NCBI GenBank assembly: GCA_963846575.1
Contig: CAWJWJ010000002.1
Coordinates: forward strand, 320,001 to 384,000
DNA from: an uncultured Nitrospiraceae bacterium
GTDB lineage: Bacteria; Nitrospirota; Nitrospiria; Nitrospirales; Nitrospiraceae
Length of the DNA: 64,000 nucleotides
Reading direction: 5' to 3'
Shown here: in pieces, positions 49,615 to 58,720 of the stretch
How the letters are laid out: every line of letters starts with the position of its first letter
Numbering within the stretch: the first letter of the stretch is position 1
The notes under the pieces: generated by a model
The model's input: only the letters and a program-made list of their open reading frames with translations
Database searches by the model: none
What the model was told of the DNA's origin: nothing
Made by a program: the position numbers and the translations under genes

Positions 49615-50825
49615 GCGCTCCTCCTCGCCGACGGCTGTGAGCCGGTATATGTTTCCACTGCCGCTTGCACCGCCTGGCCGGGATGCGTCAGCCACCCTTG
49701 CCTGGTGAAGATTTCCTCCAATGCGTTCAAGAATGTCAGAACATGGGCTTGTTGGCAGGATTCGCCCATGAGGCCGATGCGCCACGCCCGTCCGCGGAGA
49801 GATCCTAATCCTCCGCCGATTTCCATGCCATAGGTGTTCAACAGTTGCGATCTGACCATCGTGTCGTCGACCCGGCCGGGTAGCGTGACACAGTTGAGCA
49901 TCGGGAGTCGATGGCCGGCGTCAGGAAGCGGCCTGAGGCCCAGCGTGGCCAGACCCGCCAGTAACGCGTCGCTGTTCACCTGATGCCGTAGGATCCGGGC
50001 CGGAAGCCCCTCCTCCTGCACGAGTCGCAAGGCCTCACGGAGGCCGTAAAGCATTGAGATCGGCGCGGTGTGGTGATAGGCACGGGTCTGGTCTGCCCAG
50101 TACTCGGCGATCAGGGATACATCGAGATACCAACTCCGGCAAGGGGTTCGTCGCTGGCGAATGCTCTGGATGGCGCGCGGGCTCAGAGTCAGCGGGGATA
50201 GACCAGGCGGACAGCTGAGGCACTTTTGGGTCGCGCTGTAGCAGGCATCGATCTCCCAGGCATCCACTTCAACGGGTATGCCTCCCAGCGAGGTGACGGC
50301 ATCCACAACGCATAACGCATCATGGGCATGGCACAGAGCCCCGACCTCCTGCAGGGGCTGCCAGGCGCCGGTCGACGTTTCTGCGTGGACCAGGACTACG
50401 GCCTTGACCGGAACCGAACGAGAGAGCCGGTCCTGCAGCAGTTCCAAGGGGATCGTCGTTCCCCAGGGCACCTCGATCGGCAAGGCGATGCCGCCATGAC
50501 GTTCGATCATGGTGGACAGGCGGGAACCGAAGACGCCATTCACGCCCACGATGGCGCGATCGCCCGGCTCGATCAGATTCGCGATCACAGCCTCCATCCC
50601 GGCGGATCCGGTTCCGGATAGGGCGATCGTGAAGTCGTTCTGGGTCTGGAATGTCGTGCGAAGGAGGGCCTGGATCTCGTTCATCAGACCGAGGAAGACC
50701 GGATCGAGGTGTCCGAGAAGCGGCAAGGAGAGTGCGTGCAGCACCCTGGGATGCACCATGCTCGGCCCCGGGCCCATGAGGAGCCGGTGAGGGGGAATGA
50801 AGTCATGATCCTGGGCAGTGCTCAT
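49611..50825 (-). CDS. Class V PLP aminotransferase (alanine-glyoxylate/serine-pyruvate type)
   Basis: LLMGPGPS, GTGSAGME, HAETSTG, DAVTS, TQKCLSCPPG, YHHT, RIGLMG. Confidence 0.92.
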   Translation of the reverse strand: MSTAQDHDFIPPHRLLMGPGPSMVHPRVLHALSLPLLGHLDPVFLGLMNEIQALLRTTFQTQNDFTIALSGTGSAGMEAVIANLIEPGDRAIVGVNGVFGSRLSTMIERHGGIALPIEVPWGTTIPLELLQDRLSRSVPVKAVVLVHAETSTGAWQPLQEVGALCHAHDALCVVDAVTSLGGIPVEVDAWEIDACYSATQKCLSCPPGLSPLTLSPRAIQSIRQRRTPCRSWYLDVSLIAEYWADQTRAYHHTAPISMLYGLREALRLVQEEGLPARILRHQVNSDALLAGLATLGLRPLPDAGHRLPMLNCVTLPGRVDDTMVRSQLLNTYGMEIGGGLGSLRGRAWRIGLMGESCQQAHVLTFLNALEEIFTRQGWLTHPGQAVQAAVETYTGSQPSARRSA

Positions 50826-51076
50826 CTTCGCTCCTGATCGCATCTCACAATTATCGCAGAACCCCGGAAGGTCCGGCGGGCTGAGGGTGTGATTCTCGAC
50901 CGACCTCAGAATGCGGGCCAGTATAACGAAACCAGGTGAGATTCGGCCATGGGGTTGTCGTCCGGCCCATCCGTCGGGCGGACAGCTGCGGGGAGGCCGG
51001 CGCCGGCATGGCACTCAGTTTCGATTCTCGAAAGGCGGATAGTATATACTCCGGCGCTCGCGAGGACTCCGTGGAT

Positions 51077-52564
51077 ATGCACGAACCAAATCTGTCGACT
51101 CCCGATGAGACCGTCACGCCCGTCTCTGTCGTTGGGGCTCCGCCGCCCCCGCATCCCTACAATCCCCGTTTTTCTCGTTTGATCACGATGCTATCCGCAT
51201 TGGTCCTTTGTTCCTCGATTGCCGTGGTGGCCTGGCTATCGTTCGATGTGCCGCGTGTCGATCGTGTGCCGGATGCCGAACGGGCGCTCAGTCACATGGT
51301 GGGCCGGCTCATGGATCTAGAGGCGGGCCTGAAGACCCTTCCCGTCTGGGAGCAGTTCTTATACGAAGTCACCATGGGCAGCGATGCGAACGATCGGGCT
51401 CAGGCCATCGACTGGTATCGTGAACTGGCCGAGGAATCCTCCGATCCCTTCGTGGACTTGCATCTTGCGATCCTGGAAGGGGAGGCGGACCGTCAGGAGG
51501 AGATCCAGCGGAAGGTTTCAAAGTGGGGACGAAAGAGCGAACCGTACCCGCTTTTTGCAAGCTTCCTTCAAGCCGGGTACCTCGGTTCGCATGTTCCTCC
51601 CGCCCGTGCCTTTAATTTGCAGGCTCAATTAGCGGAACAGCCTATCAGCGGTTGGTTCTATAGCCGGCTCGCAAGCCGTATCGCCGAACGGTCCGGAGAC
51701 CGGCCGTTGCTGGCGACCATTGAAGCGTCTGCCGGGCAGCGAGCGGCAGCCTTGCTATGGCGCTCGCGAGCCTTAGCTGCCCTTGAACTCACGTTCATGG
51801 TGGTGGGGCTGGCGGTTGTGACCTGGTGGGCGAGGCGGAACAGGCGAGCGGCGATGATTCGGGTGGGATCGGCTGAGCTTCCGCCGCTGTGGGCAGGCCG
51901 ATTGGGGGCGGGTGTCTTGCTCAGGGGCGGCGCCGTCGGCGCGCTGTTGACCGTGGCGTTTCTTTATGCCGCTATCGATTATCCTTCACTGCGGGTCCTC
52001 GCGGTCCCCTTGTCTAATCTGCCCCTGTTGGCCCTTGCGTACTATCATTTGCTCCGGCCTCAGCGTCAGACTTTCTGGTCAGGGTTCGGGTTGCGCGTCG
52101 AAGCGCGGGCCCTTGGGCGAATGGGACTTGCGGTGCTCATGGTCGTGGCCTGCGGACTTGTAGGTGAGTGGGCCATGGGCCGGATAGCCGAGCCCTTGAA
52201 TCTGGTCAGCCATTGGACGGAGTGGTTTGATGCTGATTTGGTATGGGGGGCGTCACCGACTCTCGCCGTCAGCCTGATGGAGTATGTGCTCTTTGCACCG
52301 GTCTTCGAGGAACTGGCCTTTCGCGGTCTCCTGTTCGGCCTGTTGCGGCGGCGCTTTCAGTGGTGGCCTGCCGCCCTGTTAAGCGCGGCGCTGTTTGCCC
52401 TCGCGCATGGTTATGGACTGATCGGATTCCTCAGCGTCTTTTGGAGTGGGCTGATTTGGGCCTGGGCCTATGAACATACCGGCAGTCTATGGCCGGGAAT
52501 TATCGGCCATGCCATCAACAATCTGCTGGTCTGTCTGAGCGTCATGGCCCTTCTGCGTAGTTGA
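51077..52564 (+). CDS. CPBP (CAAX/Abi) intramembrane protease with large N-terminal extension
   Basis: FEELAFRG, FALAH, HAINN; start uncertain. Confidence 0.85.
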   Translation: MHEPNLSTPDETVTPVSVVGAPPPPHPYNPRFSRLITMLSALVLCSSIAVVAWLSFDVPRVDRVPDAERALSHMVGRLMDLEAGLKTLPVWEQFLYEVTMGSDANDRAQAIDWYRELAEESSDPFVDLHLAILEGEADRQEEIQRKVSKWGRKSEPYPLFASFLQAGYLGSHVPPARAFNLQAQLAEQPISGWFYSRLASRIAERSGDRPLLATIEASAGQRAAALLWRSRALAALELTFMVVGLAVVTWWARRNRRAAMIRVGSAELPPLWAGRLGAGVLLRGGAVGALLTVAFLYAAIDYPSLRVLAVPLSNLPLLALAYYHLLRPQRQTFWSGFGLRVEARALGRMGLAVLMVVACGLVGEWAMGRIAEPLNLVSHWTEWFDADLVWGASPTLAVSLMEYVLFAPVFEELAFRGLLFGLLRRRFQWWPAALLSAALFALAHGYGLIGFLSVFWSGLIWAWAYEHTGSLWPGIIGHAINNLLVCLSVMALLRS

Positions 52565-52739
52565 GCCGGGCGAAGAACCTCACCTCGGCCACGGGCTGTG
52601 TGTTGCCACACACCATTCCGGCCGCGGTCAAGCATGGCGTCATTCACCCCGCAAGCCATTTGGCCATTAGGAACCAGTCCGGAAATGATCGGAGAACTCA
52701 CGGCGAAGGGCCGCGCAGTGACGCTGCGATGGTAGGCTA

Positions 52740-53330
52740 TCAGACCCGGTGAGCGGTGACGATCAGAATCTGGGCTGACCTCCGGCTCGTGTTTCGCCAG
52801 CAATGCCGGTGACCTGCCGGGATGCCTGCCGCATCACCTCGTTTGAGGTCGTGAATCTCATCCTCAAGGGTCAATTCAACGATCCCCTTGAGTACTACGG
52901 CCAACTGCTCTGCCTGTCGCACGTAGGGTTTATGCCCGCTCGCGCCTCCCGGCTCAATCGTGATGACCATGGGTTCAAATTGGCTGTCCGTGCTGAACGG
53001 GCCGAGCGCTTCGATGGTCGCGCGAGACCATTCACTTTGAACTACGGCCCGTGCGTCGGAACGGACGATAGCCGGCAATGAGGGGTCCATCGCCCGGAAG
53101 AACTCTCCCAGAGTGACGCCTAATGCGGAGGCGATACGTTCGGTCGATGCGATCGAAGGGGATGCCTGGCGCAACTCAACTTGGGAAATGAAACTGGGAG
53201 AGAAGCCGCACTTGTCGGCCAGCGTCCGCACTGACAGTTGGCGGGTTTTCCGCAGATGACGAATGATGTCCCCGACGTGCACTTCGGGCCTGCGAGGTGA
53301 GGCTTTAGGGACATCGGCGGACTTCTTCAC
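52740..53330 (-). CDS. XRE-family HTH-cupin transcriptional regulator
   Basis: IRHLRK...SPSFISQVEL..ASPS; cupin EQLAVVLKG...GD...H.WRN; GTG start inferred. Confidence 0.88.
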   Translation of the reverse strand: MKKSADVPKASPRRPEVHVGDIIRHLRKTRQLSVRTLADKCGFSPSFISQVELRQASPSIASTERIASALGVTLGEFFRAMDPSLPAIVRSDARAVVQSEWSRATIEALGPFSTDSQFEPMVITIEPGGASGHKPYVRQAEQLAVVLKGIVELTLEDEIHDLKRGDAAGIPAGHRHCWRNTSRRSAQILIVTAHRV

Positions 53331-53538
53331 AATATTCCTCCCCCGATCGCCCGCGATTGAACTCCAAGTTTCCCATGGTTTAGAAACCCTGTTTATCTTT
53401 GTAGCAGTTTTTAAAGACACGTCTCAAGCACCAGTCATCTTGCAGCCCCCTCAGATTCCTCTGACAGGATGGCAGACAACCCGGTCCCGTTCTAGGAAAG
53501 CACCCAGTAGCAAATTCATGCTGTACAGTTCATAATCC

Positions 53539-53557
53539 TGTCCAGTATTACTGGACA
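53539..53557. promoter_or_regulatory. Perfect palindrome, candidate XRE-cupin operator
   Basis: TGTCCAGTA-T-TACTGGACA in an AT-rich divergent intergenic region. Confidence 0.6.
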
Positions 53558-53728
53558 CGTGTAAAGAGTAGACAATTTATTCCAACTGTTTGCACGTCTA
53601 AGATAGCACGTGGGCGTACGGCGCTTCGGGCGTACGAAGTAATGCCGGCCATCAGCAAGAGGGCTGCAGATTGTCGAGAGATGGTGCCATGAACGGAGCA
53701 ATACCGAGTATTGAGACAAGGAGGCTCT

Positions 53729-55108
53729 GTGTTGAGAGATAAAGCAGCGCTTGTTACCTTGGCCATTTTCCTGGGCGGGTACGTCACGCTCTGGTTCACA
53801 GGGGTGACCAGCACAGGCCATCTCTTGGATAACTTGGTTGCCGGATACCTGCTGGCCTGGGGCCTATATAGCTTTTTGTCGACGCTTCCTCGCGAGGAAA
53901 TTCGGGCCAGATTTGTCCTCATGACTCTAGTACCCGTAGCCATGATCGGAGGAGCGGAGTTAGTCGGCGTGGCGGGGCTAGTCGATTACCAAGCTCTGCT
54001 GGGAACTCAGGGACGGGCCTGGTTTGACCGCGCGGGATACGTGCCTGATCCCGAATTGGGGTATCGTCATCAGGCGCACTATCGTGAACAAGGCTCCTTC
54101 GTTCGAGGGAATATCGGCGAAGCGCTCTGCCTTCCACCGAATCCCCCTGTGGAATTTGACCTTCGCTACGACCAGCATGGTTTCCGCAATGATGAAGATT
54201 TGCACAGGGCGGATGTCGTCGTGATCGGCGACTCCTATGTGGAATCGCCCATGTTACCCAATTCGAGCCTGTTCACGACCGCGTTAACACACTCACTGGG
54301 CGCCACGGTGGCCAATTTGGGAATCAGCGGATATGGGCCGGAGCAGGAGCTGACCGTGCTCAAGCGTTATGCGCTCAAGTTGCAACCCAAAACGATCGTG
54401 TGGGTGTTCTTTGAAGGCAATGATCTTCTGCAGCTGGATCCCGGAGCTGAGAACTCCGAACTCGCTCTGCCTGAGCCGTCGACTCCGTACGACAAATATT
54501 GGCTGCATTCGTTGACCCGCAACCTATTGGTTCTGTCGAAAAGTGCGGCGCGAGGCTGCGTGCCTCATCAAACGTATTTGCAGTATCGGGGAAGATTTCA
54601 AGAGGCGGGCGGGAAGGACACCGAAATGTTTTTCTGGGAGAAACCGGCGCCTCTGACGGGGACGGATCGTCTCCGGCTCGAACGTTTGCAAACGATTCTG
54701 GCTGAGGCGCATGAATTGTGCCGGCAACAGGGGATTCGGTTTGTGGTGGCCTTTGCGCCGGTGAGCTACCGCGTGCATCAGGGATTGGCAAATTTCGAAC
54801 CATTAACTCGAGAATTGCGGGAGTGGCCGCTGAATAATCTGCCTGAGGAGCTGATGCCGATGCTCAGGGCGATCTCTCAGGACATAGATTTCGTTGATCT
54901 GACCCATCCACTCAGAATGGCCGCGGCTGCGGGCGTCTTGACGTACCTGCCGGACGATACGCATTGGACAACGGAGGGCCAGCGAGTAGCCGGGCAGGCG
55001 CTTCATCGGCCGATTCTGGCCTCCATCGGGCGATCCGCCGGGGGAATGAATGTTTCGGGCAGCGAGAACCGCGCGGCATCACGTACCGGGGAACTACAAC
55101 GCCTCTAG
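53729..55108 (+). CDS. Membrane-anchored SGNH/AlgJ-AlgX-like O-acetyltransferase or esterase
   Basis: 3 N-terminal TMs; GFRN, IGDSY, NLGISGYGP, FEGND, DTHW; GGAGG before GTG. Confidence 0.8.
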   Translation: MLRDKAALVTLAIFLGGYVTLWFTGVTSTGHLLDNLVAGYLLAWGLYSFLSTLPREEIRARFVLMTLVPVAMIGGAELVGVAGLVDYQALLGTQGRAWFDRAGYVPDPELGYRHQAHYREQGSFVRGNIGEALCLPPNPPVEFDLRYDQHGFRNDEDLHRADVVVIGDSYVESPMLPNSSLFTTALTHSLGATVANLGISGYGPEQELTVLKRYALKLQPKTIVWVFFEGNDLLQLDPGAENSELALPEPSTPYDKYWLHSLTRNLLVLSKSAARGCVPHQTYLQYRGRFQEAGGKDTEMFFWEKPAPLTGTDRLRLERLQTILAEAHELCRQQGIRFVVAFAPVSYRVHQGLANFEPLTRELREWPLNNLPEELMPMLRAISQDIDFVDLTHPLRMAAAAGVLTYLPDDTHWTTEGQRVAGQALHRPILASIGRSAGGMNVSGSENRAASRTGELQRL

Positions 55109-55882
55109 CGCATCGTACAAATCTTCATGGCGAAGGACGGGAGCGAACTGATCAATCATTTTTCGATTGAGAATCCGCTTCCCTGACTCTTTTAGGACGG
55201 GCGGATGTGAACTGACGATTCCCCATCGTCTGAACACCTCGGTGCAGATATCAGACCAGCGGCGCGGCTGCCCATCACTTATATTGTAGGCTTCTCCCCC
55301 CTCTCCCCTCTGCAAGGCGAGCAGGCACAGCTGCGCCAAATCTTCGACGTGGATCAGATTGACAAACTTGTTTGTCGGGCCGACCCGGCCTTGCCGAATC
55401 CATTCCAACGGATTGCGGTGCGGACCATAGATGCCAGCCACCCGCAGGACAATAGCTCCATGCTGCAGGCGTAAATACTCCTCCCCTTGAACGCGCGGGA
55501 TGGTGGCATTGATTGGACTGGTCTCATCGATCCAGGCCGCTTCCCGATCCCCATGCCCATCGTCCTGGTGATAGGCCGAGGTGCTCCCCAGTACGACCAG
55601 TCTGTGAGAAGGGCTGCAGTGTTGGCTGGCAAAGTCCTGGACTTGCTCCAAGGGTGTGGCGGGAAAGGTCCAGATCAGATCGGCGTCCGCCGGCAGCGAA
55701 GACCAGGTTGAGGGTTCGGCCAGATCGAAACGGAGTCGTCTGTCCGGTGCGACATATGTCAGATGGAGGTCAGCCTGTCGGCTGCTGGCGTACACCGGCA
55801 GGGCCAGTTGCGAAGCCAGCTTCCAGATCCATAGGCCGGTATAACCGGATCCTAAGATGACGAGGGGGCGACGGGTGTTCAT
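55094..55882 (-). CDS. Atypical SDR / NAD-dependent epimerase-like protein
   Basis: ILGSGYTG, GSTSAY, LRVAGIYGP, NLIHVEDLA, YNISD. Confidence 0.85.
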   Translation of the reverse strand: MNTRRPLVILGSGYTGLWIWKLASQLALPVYASSRQADLHLTYVAPDRRLRFDLAEPSTWSSLPADADLIWTFPATPLEQVQDFASQHCSPSHRLVVLGSTSAYHQDDGHGDREAAWIDETSPINATIPRVQGEEYLRLQHGAIVLRVAGIYGPHRNPLEWIRQGRVGPTNKFVNLIHVEDLAQLCLLALQRGEGGEAYNISDGQPRRWSDICTEVFRRWGIVSSHPPVLKESGKRILNRKMIDQFAPVLRHEDLYDALEAL

Positions 55883-55981
55883 CGGTGCATCATACAGGAA
55901 CTCTGCCCTGCCTGCCCGGAGGCTGTGTGGCCGTTCCAGTCCTGGTCTCGAGAGTAAGACGCATGCTAGAATCCCGACCCG

Positions 55982-57124
55982 ATGGCGTCATACGACCAAC
56001 GGCACGAGGCTGCGGAGAAGGTCGGGAGCGGGATAGCCGAGGCCTTCACGCGGCGTCGGCAACATCTCATGGTCGGGGTGGCGGCCCTCCTAGCCTGCCT
56101 CTTTTTTACGTTGGATCTTCTCGTGCCCCTCGGAGTGGCCGATGCGGTTCTGTACAGCTCGGTAGTCTTTCTGTCAGCAGCCAGCCGCTACCGATGGTTG
56201 CCCGTCGTCACGGCGATCGCGTGCTCACTGCTGACATTTATTGCGGCGTTGTTCAGCCCGCGACTGCCCGGTCTTCCCGTCTGGTTTGAATGGTCGAACC
56301 ATCTGTTGAGTCTGTTCGGGGTCTGGGCGCCGGTCGCCTTCGTGTATCAGCGACGCCGCACCGAATGGCTGCTGAAGGAGGTCAACGAGCAGCTTGAACG
56401 GCGCGTGGAGGAACGCACAGCGGCTCTCGCGGCCAGCCGTCAGGCGCTGGAGCGAAATGAAGAACAGTTGCACACGTTGACCGGTCGGATTCTGACGGCC
56501 CAGGAAGAAGAACGCCGACGGATCGCGCAGGATTTGCATGACGATGTGAATCAGCGGCTGGCCTTGTTGCTGCTGGAATTGCAGGGAATCGATCGTCAGA
56601 TCGACCCTCTGGCGCACGACGTCCGAGAGGCAGTCAGCAACGTGCTGAAAGGGCTGGAAGCACTCTCGGACGATGTGCGGTACATGGCCTATCGGTTTCA
56701 TCCGTCAATCCTGGATGATTTGGGCCTGAAGGCGGCCTTACAGCGACTGCTGGATGATTTTTCAGCCCGATCCGGGGTGAAGGCGCTCTTCGTGCATCAG
56801 CCCATCGACCACACACTCGACAAGACGGCTGCGACGGCCTTATATCGAGTGGTCCAAGAGAGCCTTTCGAATATCGCTCGCCATGCAATGGCCACGAGGG
56901 TTGAAGTGGAGGTGACCGTGGAAGACGAGGGAGTCGTCGTGATCGTCCGTGATGACGGCATGGGATTCGATCAGACCGCAGTCGCTCGGACGGCGGGTGG
57001 ATTGGGACTGCTGAACATGAGGGAACGACTGCTGTCCGTACAGGGTCATTGCGAGGTGGCGTCCGTGCCGGGAAAAGGAACCGCCGTGTCCATGTACGTC
57101 CCGCTGGTGCGAGTGATGATATGA
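55982..57124 (+). CDS. HisKA_3 (NarX/UhpB-type) membrane sensor kinase
   Basis: TM N-terminus; ERRRIAQDLHDD, QESLSNIARHA, DDGMGF, GLGLLNMRER. Confidence 0.92.
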   Translation: MASYDQRHEAAEKVGSGIAEAFTRRRQHLMVGVAALLACLFFTLDLLVPLGVADAVLYSSVVFLSAASRYRWLPVVTAIACSLLTFIAALFSPRLPGLPVWFEWSNHLLSLFGVWAPVAFVYQRRRTEWLLKEVNEQLERRVEERTAALAASRQALERNEEQLHTLTGRILTAQEEERRRIAQDLHDDVNQRLALLLLELQGIDRQIDPLAHDVREAVSNVLKGLEALSDDVRYMAYRFHPSILDDLGLKAALQRLLDDFSARSGVKALFVHQPIDHTLDKTAATALYRVVQESLSNIARHAMATRVEVEVTVEDEGVVVIVRDDGMGFDQTAVARTAGGLGLLNMRERLLSVQGHCEVASVPGKGTAVSMYVPLVRVMI

Positions 57125-57765
57125 CGTTGCCGCGCGTCTTGCTGGCCGATGATCACACCCTGGTTCTGGAGGGATTCCGCCGGCTACTCGATGAACAATG
57201 TGAGTTGGTGGGCACCGTGGGAGACGGGCGGGCTCTCCTGGAGTCCATTCCCCAGTTGAAACCGGATATCGTCATTCTGGATATCTCCATGCCGGTGTTG
57301 AACGGGATCGATGCCGCCCGGTTGTTAAGGGTCAAGTACCCTCAGGTGAAGGTCGTGTTTATCACGATGCATGCCGATCCGGCCTATGTCCGGGCAGCGT
57401 TCGAGGCGGGCGCCTCCGCCTACTTGCTGAAACGCTGTGTGGGCGAAGAATTAGGGCAGGCCATGCGAGCCGTGCGAAGCGGCAATTTTTACGTCACTCC
57501 TCTGGTCACCAAAGATGTGGTCGAAGGCATGTTGCGAGCGACCGATGGCGGGACCACGCCTGGGCCGGAACTCACGACCCGTCAGCGTGAGGTTCTGCAG
57601 CTTCTGGCCGAAGGCCATACGGTGAAGGACATCGCCGGCACGCTCAAGATTTCTCCCCGGACAGTTGAGTTTCATAAGGGCCAGATTATGGAACAGCTGA
57701 ACCTGCATACGACCGTGGAACTCGTGAAGTATGCTCTGGCACAGGGCATCACCGGCCATACCTAA
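57121..57765 (+). CDS. NarL-family response regulator
   Basis: LADDH, LDISMP, LTTRQREVL, TVEFHK; ATGA overlap. Confidence 0.93.
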   Translation: MTLPRVLLADDHTLVLEGFRRLLDEQCELVGTVGDGRALLESIPQLKPDIVILDISMPVLNGIDAARLLRVKYPQVKVVFITMHADPAYVRAAFEAGASAYLLKRCVGEELGQAMRAVRSGNFYVTPLVTKDVVEGMLRATDGGTTPGPELTTRQREVLQLLAEGHTVKDIAGTLKISPRTVEFHKGQIMEQLNLHTTVELVKYALAQGITGHT

Positions 57766-57809
57766 AATCCTCATCCGCGCCTAGAGATTGCTACTCCCGC
57801 ACGACTCGG

Positions 57810-57829
57810 TACCTGCCTGAATCCAGGTA
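57810..57829. promoter_or_regulatory. Inverted repeat, candidate NarL-type binding site
   Basis: TACCTG-N8-CAGGTA upstream of the single-domain REC gene. Confidence 0.35.
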
Positions 57830-57926
57830 AGTTTTAGTGCTGCGCACTCGTGTTGTTACGCGTGTGGTTTTCCCTTCACTTGCCTAGGATTACCCATGTT
57901 CGTTCTAAGCATTGATTCGTAGGAAT

Positions 57927-58373
57927 ATGGGAAAACACATGCCACGTCCACGGGTTCTGATCGCTGATTCCTCCCGGGCCATGCTCGCGTTTTTAGAAAT
58001 TCTTCTGGAGTCGCAGTTCGAGGTGATCGCCTCCGAAACTGAGGGCGAGGCGGTGCTGCTGACTGCAAAGACCCTCAATCCGGACCTGGTGATTCTGGAT
58101 TTTTCTCTCTCGTTTCTGGAAGGCCTGTCACTCGGTCGACAGCTCCAGGAGACGGTGGCGACCACGAAGGTCGTATTTTTTTCGTCGCATGAGGACCCCG
58201 CCTATGCGGCTGCAGCATTCGAGGTGGGAGCCGTCGGGTATCTCGTGAAACAGCACACCGTGGATCTCGGTCATTATCTCGGACGAGTGATGCGCGGGGA
58301 ACGGGTGTGTTGTCCGGATCATCTTCAGAAGAAGGTGGTCGCCAACAAGAAAAAACGACCCGAGATGAAATGA
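57927..58373 (+). CDS. Single-domain response regulator (REC only)
   Basis: VLIADSS, VILDFSL, GAVGYLVK; no HTH; start 57927 or 57939. Confidence 0.8.
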   Translation: MGKHMPRPRVLIADSSRAMLAFLEILLESQFEVIASETEGEAVLLTAKTLNPDLVILDFSLSFLEGLSLGRQLQETVATTKVVFFSSHEDPAYAAAAFEVGAVGYLVKQHTVDLGHYLGRVMRGERVCCPDHLQKKVVANKKKRPEMK

Positions 58374-58406
58374 GGAGAGTCTGCCCCAGCGCAGAGGAGT
58401 GTACTG

Positions 58407-58607
58407 ATGATCCAAGTCGTACCGATGTGTGGATTGTGTCGGCGTGTCTGTGATGATGGGAACTCGACCAGGGGCGCGACGGCCTGGGTGGATTTCCAAA
58501 GTTATCTGGCGCGACATGTCGTAGCCCCATCCCAGATACAATTTTCGAGCGATTACTGCGGCGAGTGCCGACTCTCCTACGACATTCTGAAGAGCTACGG
58601 GATGTAG
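58407..58607 (+). CDS. Small CxxC...CxxC protein
   Basis: GAGGAG RBS; PMCGLCRRV...W...Y...FSSDYCGEC. Confidence 0.72.
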   Translation: MIQVVPMCGLCRRVCDDGNSTRGATAWVDFQSYLARHVVAPSQIQFSSDYCGECRLSYDILKSYGM

Positions 58608-58720
58608 CGGGGCCTTGTTGGTGTGCTGAAGGCCGGCCAGGAGCGTCGAGCCCCGGCGGAGCCGCCGGTGGATAGACGTGCATTTTTTGTCTTCGCCTGC
58701 TGTGGTACCATCACGGCCTG

